64,000 nt of DNA from a virus: positions 2,414-66,413 of the IMG/VR virus record IMGVR_UViG_3300036791_000759; one strand, given 5' to 3'. The notes under the pieces are model-generated. The model was not told where the DNA came from, ran no database searches, and was given only the letters and a program-made list of their open reading frames with translations. Below are positions 8,434 through 18,405 of the stretch, one piece after another. A program made the position numbers and the translations under genes. Numbering within the stretch: the first letter of the stretch is position 1; every line of letters begins with the position of its first letter.

Positions 8434-11400
8434 AAGCGGCCTGCTTGCTGCATGTCGCGCAGCTGCTTCGGCGGCACGCGCAGCCCATAAGTGCCGGGGG
8501 TCATCACGGCGCGCTGGCGCTGGGTCAGCGCGTCCTTGATCTGCGGCATGGTGATTGGGGTTGACGGGTGGTCGCGGTTGTATTGCCAGATCATCGTCAT
8601 CGCCGCGCCCCGGTCCTTCGGGTCGGCGTTGAGGTAGGCGTTCATCGCCCGGCTGCGCCCCTCCAGGGTCTCGTCGCGCAGGTCGATCTCAGCCTGGCGT
8701 GCCTCGCGACCCGAGGACACATCCGACGGGTTGAACCCAAGCCCCTTGGCGACCGCGTCATAGGCCGAGACCGGCGGCAGGATCTGCCGGCCCTGCGTGT
8801 CGGTGACCCCCTGATTATAAAACCGGTACGCCTGCATCACATCGTGGACCGGGCGCGGCATCAAACTCTCGGCCGCCTTCCCCCAGTTCCCGCCGTTGAG
8901 GATCTGGCTGAGCCCACTCGCGACCTGGGTCAGGTTATCACCCGCCGCGCCGGTCATCGCCGCACCCAGCGTCGCCATCAGGTCTTTCGACTTGAACGAT
9001 GTGATCTCTGGCAGGTCCACGGCGTTAGCCAGCTTAAGAGACCGATGCAAATCCACTCTTGCCAGTGTCGGCAAACCGCGAGCGATCACTTCGCTCGCGG
9101 TTTTTCCGTAATGGTCCCGGGTCCAGTTGCGCACCGCATTTTCCAGGTCAGCCGAAGTGTGCGGCTTCTGGTCGCCGCTAAAGAGATCGTAGAGCCCGAG
9201 GCCGACCGCGAGAGGCAGCGAGCCAAAGACGCTGGCGGTGACCCCCGAGAGCAGTGCATGGCTCGTCAGGATGGCGCCCAGCGCCTTGACCGCCTCGCTG
9301 CGGCCGCGCCCGCCACCCGTATAGATGTCGTGCGCCAGGTTGCCCATCAGCGAGTACATGTGCATCCCGTAGAGCTTGTACTGCAGGATGGGCCCGCCCA
9401 GCGCACCCAGCTTGCCGACCAGGCTCGGCCGGTTGTGCAGGTTGTAGTTGGGCATCGCCTCGCGCGCGGTCTGCACCGCGTAGTCAACCGCCTTTCCGAC
9501 ATCACCGTTTGATTTGCGCATCTCCAGGTCGAACGCCGCCTTGGCGATCGCCGTGCGGTTCATGCTGTCCACCGCGTGCTCGCCGGCGGCAAACATATTC
9601 ATCACGCCGGCGGGCAAGCCTACGGCTTTGCCGTACTTGCCGCCAAAGTCGAACGATCCCGAATCGCTCGCCATGCGCTGGATCTCGCGCACCATCGAGT
9701 GATCGACCAGGCCGGCGGCGTTGAGCGCGTTCATCAGCTGGTTGGCGTGGGCCTCGGGCATGCCGCGCTGAACCATGCGGTCCCGGTAGAGGGCGCTCGT
9801 GTTCCAGTCAGAGTTCTGGATCTCCTGCTTGATTGCTTTCATCGCGTTGCGGCCGCCGGTGCTGAGCGCGGTCCCAGCCAGGTCGCGAACGGCCTTACCC
9901 AACGAAACACTGGCGGCACCAAACCCGTGTCGCGCCCCCATGAGGCTCGTCGCGTTGGAGTGCGCGTCGGCGAGCTGCACCACCATGTGCGCCGGCCGCA
10001 TCAGGTTCATGATGAACGAGAAGGTGGAGAGCGCGTGCGGCGCGCGCCCAAGGATGCCGCCCGAGTTATCGACCGGCCGCAGCCGGTTGCGCATCTCGTC
10101 GCGGATCATGCCCGCCCGCTGCAGATCGGCGCTGTTCACGGTGTCGCCGCTCCGGCGCATTCCGTCGAGGTGCCGGTCCATCGCATCGAGCGCATTAACC
10201 TGGGTTGCGCCGTGCTTTAACCACCCCATCCGCGCGCTGTAGGCGAGGAAGTCGTTGGCCAGGTTCCTCGCCTGGTCGGTCGACGCACCCAGCACACCCT
10301 CGCGTCGGGCACGCAGCGCGTTGGATTGGTTCCGCGTGCCGGCGCGCAACTGCATCTCGGCATAGGCATCGAGCGCACGGTTGCGCTGCGCCTCGGTGAG
10401 CCCCGCCCGATCAAACGCATCGGAGAGCTGACCCAGCGACCCGGCGGAGTTGCGCACCTGGTCCTGCTGCGAACGCAGGAAGACCCGCGAGACTTCTTCC
10501 TCTTTATACCCCTCGCTGTTGAGGAGTTCCTGGCGTCGCGCCTGCGCCTGGCTCTCACGCTCGAAGAACTCGACGCCATAACGCGGACCGCCGCGCTCGC
10601 CATAGCGGACGATGTAGTCGCCGTACCGGCGCAGCGGGAAGTAATCCCCACGCACATAACCGGCCCGCTGCAAGCGGCCGATCTCGCGCACCACATTGCG
10701 CGAGTTCTGCCATCGCTCACCAAACGCCTGCGCCACCGGCGAGGCGTCGGGGTCGTCGATCATCTTCTGGATACCCTCGCGGGTGCGCACCTCGCCTGTG
10801 ATCGACGCGCGCTGCGCCGGTGTGCTGTCGGGCAGGAAACTCTGCATCGCGTGATCCAGCTCGGCCCGGCGCTCGGCGTTATAGGTCTCGCGGTAGTAAT
10901 CCCGCAGGTTCCGGTAGGTCTCCTGGCCACGCTGCCCCAACGCCTCATAGCGGTCGTTGAGCTGCTTGAGGCGCGCTTGGCTCTCCTCGGTCGTCAGGTG
11001 CGCGTTGGCGCGCGGGTCGCGATCCCCCAGCCTGGCCTCGGCCAGGGTCGCATCATTCATCAGCTGCGCAACCTTAGCGCCGTCGGCACCCTCGCGCAGC
11101 CGCCCGACCATGCGCTGGATAAAATTGCCGTATTTGTCGCGCTCGTCCTTGGTCGCCGCCGCCCTGGCTTCGACCGCCGTGCGGTAGTCGGTGAGGGAAT
11201 TACCCGGTGCTTCCTTGTCACGGCTCTCGAAGAGCCTCCGACCAAAAGAGTGGATCGCATCCAGATTCGCCACGTTGAGCGCACCCCGGAAGAGCGGGCG
11301 CGAGGCAAAGTCCCTGAGTATCTTCCGCCCCGCCGCTGTCGCCTCAGACGGCGCCATCAACGGGTCATCGACCGCAACCCGGTTCAGATCCTCGGTATGC

Positions 11401-14400
11401 GATTCGAGATGAGACCCAACAGCTCCCGACTCGGTTATCCCCAGATCACGCGCGTGGATATCCCGATAGAGCGCGCCCGTGCCAACCACCTGGGTTGTCG
11501 GGTCGAGGACGCGATCGAGAACCGAAGCGTTCTTTAGCCCGAAGATCCTGCCAACCCAGGTCTTGAACCCTTCCCAGGCATTGGTTATGCCCTTCGCGGG
11601 GCCAAACCCTTCGCGCGACAGCGCGTTACGCAGAATAGGAGACGCCTCGTTGCGCGCGAGCACGGCTTTCAGGCTGGGGTTGGTCATCAGCATGGAGACC
11701 AGCTCGCGCCGGTTCTGCATGGCGTAATTGAGCCAGTGCCGCTCGGTGCTGGTGAGCTTATCGGAAGCAGCAATGCGCCCTAGCTCACTGTGGATTGCGT
11801 CCAGCGCCCGTATGTGGCTGCGCTCCAGAGGCGACAGGGTTTCGGGGGGCTTACTCTCCAGCCGACGCAGGTAATGATCAGTCGCTCCATGAACCAGTTC
11901 ATGCAGCGCTGTCTCTATATTTGACTGAGACCGTACTCGCCCACCTGCCTGAAGCCTCGCGATGTCCTCAGGGGTGCCGTACTTTGTGTTTACTTCAATA
12001 GCATCCCGGCCGGGATAGTACGCCCCAGCAGCGGTGTCACCTGCCTTTGTCGCTTGGAACGGTATGTCAGGCAGGATGCGTCGCAGCCGCCGCGCCAGCG
12101 CCACCAGGTCAGGCGTGATCGCACGCGGCCCGGTGTGGCCGGTGATCGCATCAAGGACTTCGTGCGCTCCGACCCGCTCGCCGTTGGCAATGCGATCAAA
12201 GATGGCACGCACTGGCGCATTGACTTCCGGCCGCCGGGCAGAAACAGCCGGGTGCTCGGGAGCCGGCTCGGTGGTTGTTCCAGCCTCGGAGCGTTCCGTG
12301 TCGCCAAACTTGGCGAACTCATCCAGCATTCGCTGCTCGGCGGCGGCGCGCTCCTCGGCAGGGTCGGGTAACCGGTCGATAATGTCCCGCAGCCCCGACT
12401 CAGTGTACTTCATCACGTCGGAGCGGTTGATCTCGCGCTCCGCCGCCGACCGCTTGCGCCCGGTCAGCTCGCCGGCCTCGGCCGCGCGCTGCACCGACGC
12501 GATGCGCTCGGGCAGCGACTGACCGGGTGCGGTCATCTTATCGAGAACGTTCTGCACATAGTCGCGGAACGTGGCATGGAGGCGCGGCCGCCCGGCGCCC
12601 GCTGGCTGCTCGCCATAGGTGGCGTGCGCCTCCTCGGGGGTCATCTCACCACTCAAAACCTGGTCGAGATAGTCCTTGGCAAAGCGGGTTTTGTTGGTGG
12701 TCTGCTCGCTGCGCTCACCCACGCCCTCGGCGGTGGCCAGCTCGGGTATCCCTGCGGCCGCCGCTCTGGGCGCCTCTTCGCCCTTGACCGGGACCGTGCC
12801 CGGTTCGAGGCGTGCGGAGCTGGCTAAACCTTCGGCCTCGGCCCGCGCCTCGTCGGCCATGCCCGACGATCGCCCGCGTGCTGGCACTGGTGGTTCCTGC
12901 TCGGGTGTCGGCTCAGCGACAAACACATTGCCGCGCTTGGGCGCCGGCTGTGTCTTCTTGGCCTGGCGTGCCTTGAGCTGCTCGCCCACTGTCGGGCCAC
13001 CGGCCTTGGCTGCCTCGACACTCGGCGGTCCCTCGTAGCCCTCGACGTGCTTTTGCAACAGGTCGGTGATCCGCTGGGGGTAGTTGCGCCTGACAGCCTG
13101 TTCGAGCAGCTCGGCGGCGCGCTGCTGCGCGGCGTCGTTGGGTGCCTTCCACGCCTCCTTGCCCGACCCGGCGTCGGCAATCGTGCCATCGTCGGCGACA
13201 AATTTGCCCGTCGTCTTGCCGGTCTTGGCGTTGGTCATATCGGCCGCGACGGTGCCGTCGTCGTTCTGGCGCACAGAGTAATGCTCACCCAGCGGCTTGC
13301 TGGGGATCTGCTTTGGTTCCGAGGGTTCCTTGCCCGGAGTAACCCCCGGTGTCTCCGGCGCAGCCCCCTGGGGAGGAGACACCGTTGGCTGCGCCGGAGC
13401 CCGCTCTCCGGCCGGTTCCACCGCGCTGCTGGGTGTAACAGCTTCGGCCGGTGCCCCTTCGGCGGAGGCAAGCTGCACACCCGGTGCGCGCTGCCGGGCG
13501 AACGCCAGCGCCTGTTCGGGTGTGTCCCCCACCGCGATGACGTTGCCGTCGGTGTTCTTGACCACGACCGCACCAGGCGGGCCGGTGTGGTCGGGCTCGA
13601 CGGTGAAACCTTCTGGTGTTGCTACCGTAGCACCGGCCCCGCCACCGGGTCCGCCAGCTGTTGGAGGGGCGGGCGGTGGCGGGGACGGCGGCTCGCCGCC
13701 TGCGTCCGTAGGGGGTGGGGGAGGCGGCTCACCTGGGGGAACATCGGGACCGCCGCGAACATCCGGCCGCTGGCCGGCACGCACGGCGGCAAGGCTCAGA
13801 TCCGGCGCCTGGATCACCGGGGGTGCGGTCTGCGGCGAAGGCGGCGGGAGCGCCGGCTGCGCTGGTGGTGGCGCCTGATCGGGTGGCAGTGGCGGAACAC
13901 CTGGGGGTGATCCCGTCGGCTGCGCTGGCGGCTCGTAGGGAGTTGGGCCCGGCGCCATCTCGGTTGGGGAGACCTGACCGGGACCAGGCGGCACGTTGAC
14001 GACATCGGGGCGGTTGCCCGTGCCCGGCGGCGGCAGCTGCGGGGGTGCGGGTGGAGTCGGTGCCGGCGGGTAGCTCGGGACAATGTCGGACCCCGAGACC
14101 TGACCCGGCCCGGTTGGCGGCACATTGATCACATCGGGACGGTTGCCCGGGCCCGGCGCCGGTAACGCCAGCGTGAGCGCGGCCGTGTTGGCAGGATCAA
14201 CCGGTGGCGTGTTGTCGGCGGTGTTGGGCACCAGCTTGCCGCCGACATAACGATAGCCGGCGTGCGCTGCCTCGCCTGCCGCCGTGCCGGTGACTGCACC
14301 GATCGCCGCCGACGTTACGTCAGAGCCAATCTCGGCGGCCGTCTTGCCTTGGGAAACATCCTGCAGCGCCGTGCCAGTCGCCGCGATCCCGGGCTGCACC

Positions 14401-15467
14401 AGCCCGGCCTGCATAAAGACGTTTTTAATGACGCTCTTAAAGGGCGCAAAGCCAAAGGCGGCCTGCGCGACCGCGCCGATCGCACCCTCCTCGCCGGCTT
14501 GTTTTAGCGCGGCGTCAAAGGCCATGTCGGGGTTGTTGGGGTTCTTCTTGAGTTCGGCCGCATATATCGGCCCCAGCGCCTGAAACGCCGAGGTCAGCCC
14601 CGCACCGGCCGCCGCACCGATAAGCCCACCAGCTACCTCAGAGGTGCCAGTCTCGCCGGCCCCCGGTATCGCCGCACCGGCCGCCATGCCGGCACCGCCA
14701 GCTAATACCGTGCCGGCGATGGTTGGGTACGACTTGGCAAACTGAAAGAGCGTCTTGTCGAGCAGCGTCGAGGGGTGCCACAGATCGCTCAGGGTTGTCG
14801 GTTGCTCGTAGTCGGCCTGGGGCGTCTGGCTCTCGGTCGGTGTCCCGCCACTAACCGTCTGAGCCGATTGTTGCACATTCTCACTGCCACGCAGGATGCC
14901 GCGACCGAGGATTCCAAGATACGTCGCCGGTGGTTGCGGCGCTTCAGGACCGGTGCCATAGGTCATCGCCGACGATTCGCCCGGTGTAGCCTGCTGCGGG
15001 TCGTAGGGCATCGGCGGCGGCTTTTGCGCGTCGCGCAGCTGCTGCAGATTAAACTGGTGCGGCCGGTAACTCTTCAGGTCTTGGGTCGATACACCCGGCA
15101 GGTCACCGGCGTAGGGATCAATCGGCGCAGTCGTTAGTTGCTGTTGGGGTTGGGCAGCGTAGGGACTGGTGGCGCCATAGGGGTTTGGTGCGTCGGGGTC
15201 GTCGGTCACCATCTGGAACTCGGGCATCCCCGTCGACGGGTTGACGCCCTGCGCCGGCGAGCCGGCAGTGTATTGCGCAGCGCTGGCACCCTGAGTAGCA
15301 AAGGCGCGGTTGAGCGCGGTCATCACCTGCGGTGTCTGGATCTGCGGTGGGACCGCCATCTCGCCGGGTGTCATGTGCGCGACGAGTGTGTCACCACCAC
15401 GACCCTGCCGCGCCAGCTGCCGGGTCAGCGGGCCGTACTGCATGGTGTAGGTGTTGTTGACCGGCAT
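8424..15467 (-). CDS. Giant internal virion/ejection protein (about 2350 aa) with zincin HExxH and PLxRFG-like domains
   Basis: Last large gene of the virion operon; ALHELVH motif; YFPLRRYGDY motif; N-terminal GRGGDTLVAH..NPSTGMPEF; Pro-rich linkers; start likely MPVNN. Confidence 0.8.
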   Translation of the reverse strand: MPVNNTYTMQYGPLTRQLARQGRGGDTLVAHMTPGEMAVPPQIQTPQVMTALNRAFATQGASAAQYTAGSPAQGVNPSTGMPEFQMVTDDPDAPNPYGATSPYAAQPQQQLTTAPIDPYAGDLPGVSTQDLKSYRPHQFNLQQLRDAQKPPPMPYDPQQATPGESSAMTYGTGPEAPQPPATYLGILGRGILRGSENVQQSAQTVSGGTPTESQTPQADYEQPTTLSDLWHPSTLLDKTLFQFAKSYPTIAGTVLAGGAGMAAGAAIPGAGETGTSEVAGGLIGAAAGAGLTSAFQALGPIYAAELKKNPNNPDMAFDAALKQAGEEGAIGAVAQAAFGFAPFKSVIKNVFMQAGLVQPGIAATGTALQDVSQGKTAAEIGSDVTSAAIGAVTGTAAGEAAHAGYRYVGGKLVPNTADNTPPVDPANTAALTLALPAPGPGNRPDVINVPPTGPGQVSGSDIVPSYPPAPTPPAPPQLPPPGTGNRPDVVNVPPGPGQVSPTEMAPGPTPYEPPAQPTGSPPGVPPLPPDQAPPPAQPALPPPSPQTAPPVIQAPDLSLAAVRAGQRPDVRGGPDVPPGEPPPPPPTDAGGEPPSPPPPAPPTAGGPGGGAGATVATPEGFTVEPDHTGPPGAVVVKNTDGNVIAVGDTPEQALAFARQRAPGVQLASAEGAPAEAVTPSSAVEPAGERAPAQPTVSPPQGAAPETPGVTPGKEPSEPKQIPSKPLGEHYSVRQNDDGTVAADMTNAKTGKTTGKFVADDGTIADAGSGKEAWKAPNDAAQQRAAELLEQAVRRNYPQRITDLLQKHVEGYEGPPSVEAAKAGGPTVGEQLKARQAKKTQPAPKRGNVFVAEPTPEQEPPVPARGRSSGMADEARAEAEGLASSARLEPGTVPVKGEEAPRAAAAGIPELATAEGVGERSEQTTNKTRFAKDYLDQVLSGEMTPEEAHATYGEQPAGAGRPRLHATFRDYVQNVLDKMTAPGQSLPERIASVQRAAEAGELTGRKRSAAEREINRSDVMKYTESGLRDIIDRLPDPAEERAAAEQRMLDEFAKFGDTERSEAGTTTEPAPEHPAVSARRPEVNAPVRAIFDRIANGERVGAHEVLDAITGHTGPRAITPDLVALARRLRRILPDIPFQATKAGDTAAGAYYPGRDAIEVNTKYGTPEDIARLQAGGRVRSQSNIETALHELVHGATDHYLRRLESKPPETLSPLERSHIRALDAIHSELGRIAASDKLTSTERHWLNYAMQNRRELVSMLMTNPSLKAVLARNEASPILRNALSREGFGPAKGITNAWEGFKTWVGRIFGLKNASVLDRVLDPTTQVVGTGALYRDIHARDLGITESGAVGSHLESHTEDLNRVAVDDPLMAPSEATAAGRKILRDFASRPLFRGALNVANLDAIHSFGRRLFESRDKEAPGNSLTDYRTAVEARAAATKDERDKYGNFIQRMVGRLREGADGAKVAQLMNDATLAEARLGDRDPRANAHLTTEESQARLKQLNDRYEALGQRGQETYRNLRDYYRETYNAERRAELDHAMQSFLPDSTPAQRASITGEVRTREGIQKMIDDPDASPVAQAFGERWQNSRNVVREIGRLQRAGYVRGDYFPLRRYGDYIVRYGERGGPRYGVEFFERESQAQARRQELLNSEGYKEEEVSRVFLRSQQDQVRNSAGSLGQLSDAFDRAGLTEAQRNRALDAYAEMQLRAGTRNQSNALRARREGVLGASTDQARNLANDFLAYSARMGWLKHGATQVNALDAMDRHLDGMRRSGDTVNSADLQRAGMIRDEMRNRLRPVDNSGGILGRAPHALSTFSFIMNLMRPAHMVVQLADAHSNATSLMGARHGFGAASVSLGKAVRDLAGTALSTGGRNAMKAIKQEIQNSDWNTSALYRDRMVQRGMPEAHANQLMNALNAAGLVDHSMVREIQRMASDSGSFDFGGKYGKAVGLPAGVMNMFAAGEHAVDSMNRTAIAKAAFDLEMRKSNGDVGKAVDYAVQTAREAMPNYNLHNRPSLVGKLGALGGPILQYKLYGMHMYSLMGNLAHDIYTGGGRGRSEAVKALGAILTSHALLSGVTASVFGSLPLAVGLGLYDLFSGDQKPHTSADLENAVRNWTRDHYGKTASEVIARGLPTLARVDLHRSLKLANAVDLPEITSFKSKDLMATLGAAMTGAAGDNLTQVASGLSQILNGGNWGKAAESLMPRPVHDVMQAYRFYNQGVTDTQGRQILPPVSAYDAVAKGLGFNPSDVSSGREARQAEIDLRDETLEGRSRAMNAYLNADPKDRGAAMTMIWQYNRDHPSTPITMPQIKDALTQRQRAVMTPGTYGLRVPPKQLRDMQQAGRFAQ

Positions 15468-15471
15468 GGGC

Positions 15472-18402
15472 TCAACTCGGCGGAGTGATCGCGGTCGCTG
15501 GCATGGCACCCTGCGGCGGCCTCATCTGACCGGGCGGGATCTGCTGCGGCCCTGGCCGCCCCTGTGGTGCTTGCTGCTGTGGCGCGGGTGCCGCGATGAT
15601 CCCGTAATGCTGCGCGAGCGTCGTCGGCAGGTAGGCTTTCTGCTCGCCCGTGGTGCGGTCGATGATGTGGGTGTAACCGTCGGGCATCATCATCGGGCGA
15701 TACCGCGACGGTTGCTGCTGACCGCTTTGGTCTGTGCTCGGCATCAAACCTGTGGCTAGGTCGTGCGCCGTGACGCCGTTCATGCCGGGGTCGCTCTGCA
15801 TGATCCCCTTCATGTAGTTGGAAGCGACCGGCGCCGTCGCGGCGTAGGTTTGATCCTGCATTTGTAAATTGTTTGGGCCGTAGTACGAATTGATCGTGTC
15901 GTCGACCTGCTTTACCCGCGCCTGGCGCACCTGTTCCTGACCCTGCACAGCGAGTTCCAACCTCTGCGCCCGGTTCGCCTCCTGCTCTTGCAGCTGCGCC
16001 AGCTTGCGGGCGTTCTGCGCCTCGATCTGGCTTTGCCTATATTGGTTCAGCTCCTCGGCGCGCTGATGAGCTTCCGCGATGCGGGCTTGCACGTCCTGAT
16101 ACTGAATATCCTGGCCGCGCTGGGTGACATCGCGCCCCTCTTCCGCACCCTGCGCTGTGAGGATCTGACCCTGCTGGGTGATGTTCTGACCACGCGATGT
16201 CAGATATTCGTTCACCATATGCGAGCGCTGGGTCTCGACCTGCGCCTGCTCCTCACGCAGCGTCGAGAGGTACTTCTGCGGGTCGATGGTTTGGTTAAGC
16301 GCGGTGCGGATCGACGCCGGTGTTACCTGGAAGGGCTGCCCCATCGGCTGCCCAGTGTGCTCGTCAAAGCGCTCACCCCAGATCTGCCCATTGATCACCT
16401 GGAACCCGCCCGCCGTCCCGTCGGGAAAGAAGGTATGTGCCTTGGCCAACAACTGCGCGGCGCTGGTCAGATCGCCACCGCTCATCGCCGAGTACGCCTG
16501 CATGAGGGACTGCGTTGCCCCGACATGCGCCTGCTGAAAGACGTACTCCTGGGCGCGCTGCGCGCCCACCATGTCGCCCGACCGGATAAACGCGGCCGCC
16601 AGCAAGTTTGCCGAGTGCTGCCACATATCGGTCGTGTTCATACCCGACGGCGCGTTGTTGACCATGTAGGTCATGTAAGACTGCGGCCCACCACGGGCGG
16701 CAGTCACCAATCCCGTGGGCGTCATCGACCCGTTGCCGGTCAGCACATGCGGGGTCGCGTCTGGTGACGAGTAGGGCTGCATACCGGGGATCGGCGGCGC
16801 ACCTGGCGGCAGCACCCCCGGCGCGGGGAGACCCGGCGGGACCGTGGGCATCGGCGGGATCGGGTAACCGCGCTGCACCCGAGGGGGCAGCCCTCCCGGT
16901 TGGGCCGGCGCGGGTGCTGGCGCAGGCGCCGCACCCGGTTGAGCTGGCGCCGCCCCTGGTTGGGCAGCCGGTGCCGGCGCGGGCCCGGGCTGGCCTGCTG
17001 GGCCAGCTTGTCCAGCCGGCGCACCCGGTTGGGCCGGTGTAGTCGGTGCCGGTGCTGCAGTTGGCACCGGCGCCCCTTCATCACCGGATGGTGCGGCAGG
17101 TGCTGAAACTGGCGTGGCAGCTGGCGCAGGCGCGGTAGACGGCACAGCCGTCGCCGGCTTTACCGGTGCGTTGCCGCTCGCGAGATCGACAAAATCCCGA
17201 AAGCCGGGGAGAGCTTTTTCTTGGTCGTCGGGCTCGCCGGTGACGGGATCAGCTGGCGCGGTGGCCCGCCGCGACGCGGCATTGACCCTGTCGGCGCCGT
17301 ACTTATAGGCGGCGATCGACGACGCGACGCTGTTGCCAAACTGCCCCTGCAGCTGGTGCATCTTCGCGGCACCGAGTGCTATGTTGGCGACTAGGTTGCT
17401 TGGGTCGTGAGAGAAATGACCCTCCGGGTCGAGAGTGTTCATCTCCTGCGATGTCAGACCCATCAGGTTTGACTGGTCGATCTTAATCTTACCGTCATCG
17501 GTCGAGCCCGACTGGGCATACATCATATTAAAGAGCGCAACAGGCGATATGTTCTGAGCTTTGGCGGCACCGTTGACCAGGTTAAACAGGCTCTGATCTT
17601 CCGCGCTCTTTGACTGGCCCAGCTGGTTGTACCGCGTCGGGTTCTGCAGGACGCGCGGGGTCGCATCCGGGTAACCGTCGCGGTCGTTATCGCCGGCGAT
17701 ACCCGAAGGCTGGTCACCGCGCGCACCTTTTAGCCTGGCTATCGGCTCACCCGTGACGGGATCGCGCGCGCTATAAGGTGACGGTGGTGGCGCCGCAGTC
17801 GGTGGCTCGCTGACAGCGGTGGTTGGGGTCGGCGTCGTGACCGCCGCGCCACCGACAGCAGTCTGCTTTGGCTGCGGCACATTCGTGTCAGTGACCGGAG
17901 ATGGTGCTTCAGCAGGCGGGCTCGCCGCCATGCGCTCCTGGATCACCTGCTGCACCGGCACACCGCGCCTCGCTGCCTCCTGCGACGATGTTTCCGAAGG
18001 TGATGGCTGGCCCGACGCACCTGCAATAAACTCCTTACCGGCACCACCGATAGCCTGCCCTGCAGCTTGAGCGCTCTCTTGCTGCGCAGCAGATATATCA
18101 GCTTCGGACTGCCCCCCAGCCGACGTGACCGCGCCTATAGCCGAGCCAATAGCCTGGGTGCCTTCGCGAGCCGCTGCGCCGATCTGATAAGGCACCGACA
18201 TCTGCGACATCGTGCCCGCCGGCTGCAGCGCCGTCGATGCCTGCGATCCCTGCGGTGGCGCCGTCGGCGGCGCTGTCGGTATCGGCGTCGGTGTTGTCTC
18301 GGGATCCTGCAGCGCAGTCTGCGGGTACGCCATCGGTGCGTTTGGCGGCACCATCGGGTATGGCGCGACACCCGGATAGTTAGGATCCTGGTAGCCGGTC
18401 AT
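15472..18402 (-). CDS. Internal virion protein with SLT-like (lytic transglycosylase fold) domain
   Basis: MMYAQSG..NLMGL..NIALGAAKM..SIAAYKYG resembles SLT motifs; Gln-rich coiled coil C-terminus. Confidence 0.7.
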   Translation of the reverse strand: MTGYQDPNYPGVAPYPMVPPNAPMAYPQTALQDPETTPTPIPTAPPTAPPQGSQASTALQPAGTMSQMSVPYQIGAAAREGTQAIGSAIGAVTSAGGQSEADISAAQQESAQAAGQAIGGAGKEFIAGASGQPSPSETSSQEAARRGVPVQQVIQERMAASPPAEAPSPVTDTNVPQPKQTAVGGAAVTTPTPTTAVSEPPTAAPPPSPYSARDPVTGEPIARLKGARGDQPSGIAGDNDRDGYPDATPRVLQNPTRYNQLGQSKSAEDQSLFNLVNGAAKAQNISPVALFNMMYAQSGSTDDGKIKIDQSNLMGLTSQEMNTLDPEGHFSHDPSNLVANIALGAAKMHQLQGQFGNSVASSIAAYKYGADRVNAASRRATAPADPVTGEPDDQEKALPGFRDFVDLASGNAPVKPATAVPSTAPAPAATPVSAPAAPSGDEGAPVPTAAPAPTTPAQPGAPAGQAGPAGQPGPAPAPAAQPGAAPAQPGAAPAPAPAPAQPGGLPPRVQRGYPIPPMPTVPPGLPAPGVLPPGAPPIPGMQPYSSPDATPHVLTGNGSMTPTGLVTAARGGPQSYMTYMVNNAPSGMNTTDMWQHSANLLAAAFIRSGDMVGAQRAQEYVFQQAHVGATQSLMQAYSAMSGGDLTSAAQLLAKAHTFFPDGTAGGFQVINGQIWGERFDEHTGQPMGQPFQVTPASIRTALNQTIDPQKYLSTLREEQAQVETQRSHMVNEYLTSRGQNITQQGQILTAQGAEEGRDVTQRGQDIQYQDVQARIAEAHQRAEELNQYRQSQIEAQNARKLAQLQEQEANRAQRLELAVQGQEQVRQARVKQVDDTINSYYGPNNLQMQDQTYAATAPVASNYMKGIMQSDPGMNGVTAHDLATGLMPSTDQSGQQQPSRYRPMMMPDGYTHIIDRTTGEQKAYLPTTLAQHYGIIAAPAPQQQAPQGRPGPQQIPPGQMRPPQGAMPATAITPPS

Positions 18403-18405
18403 GAC

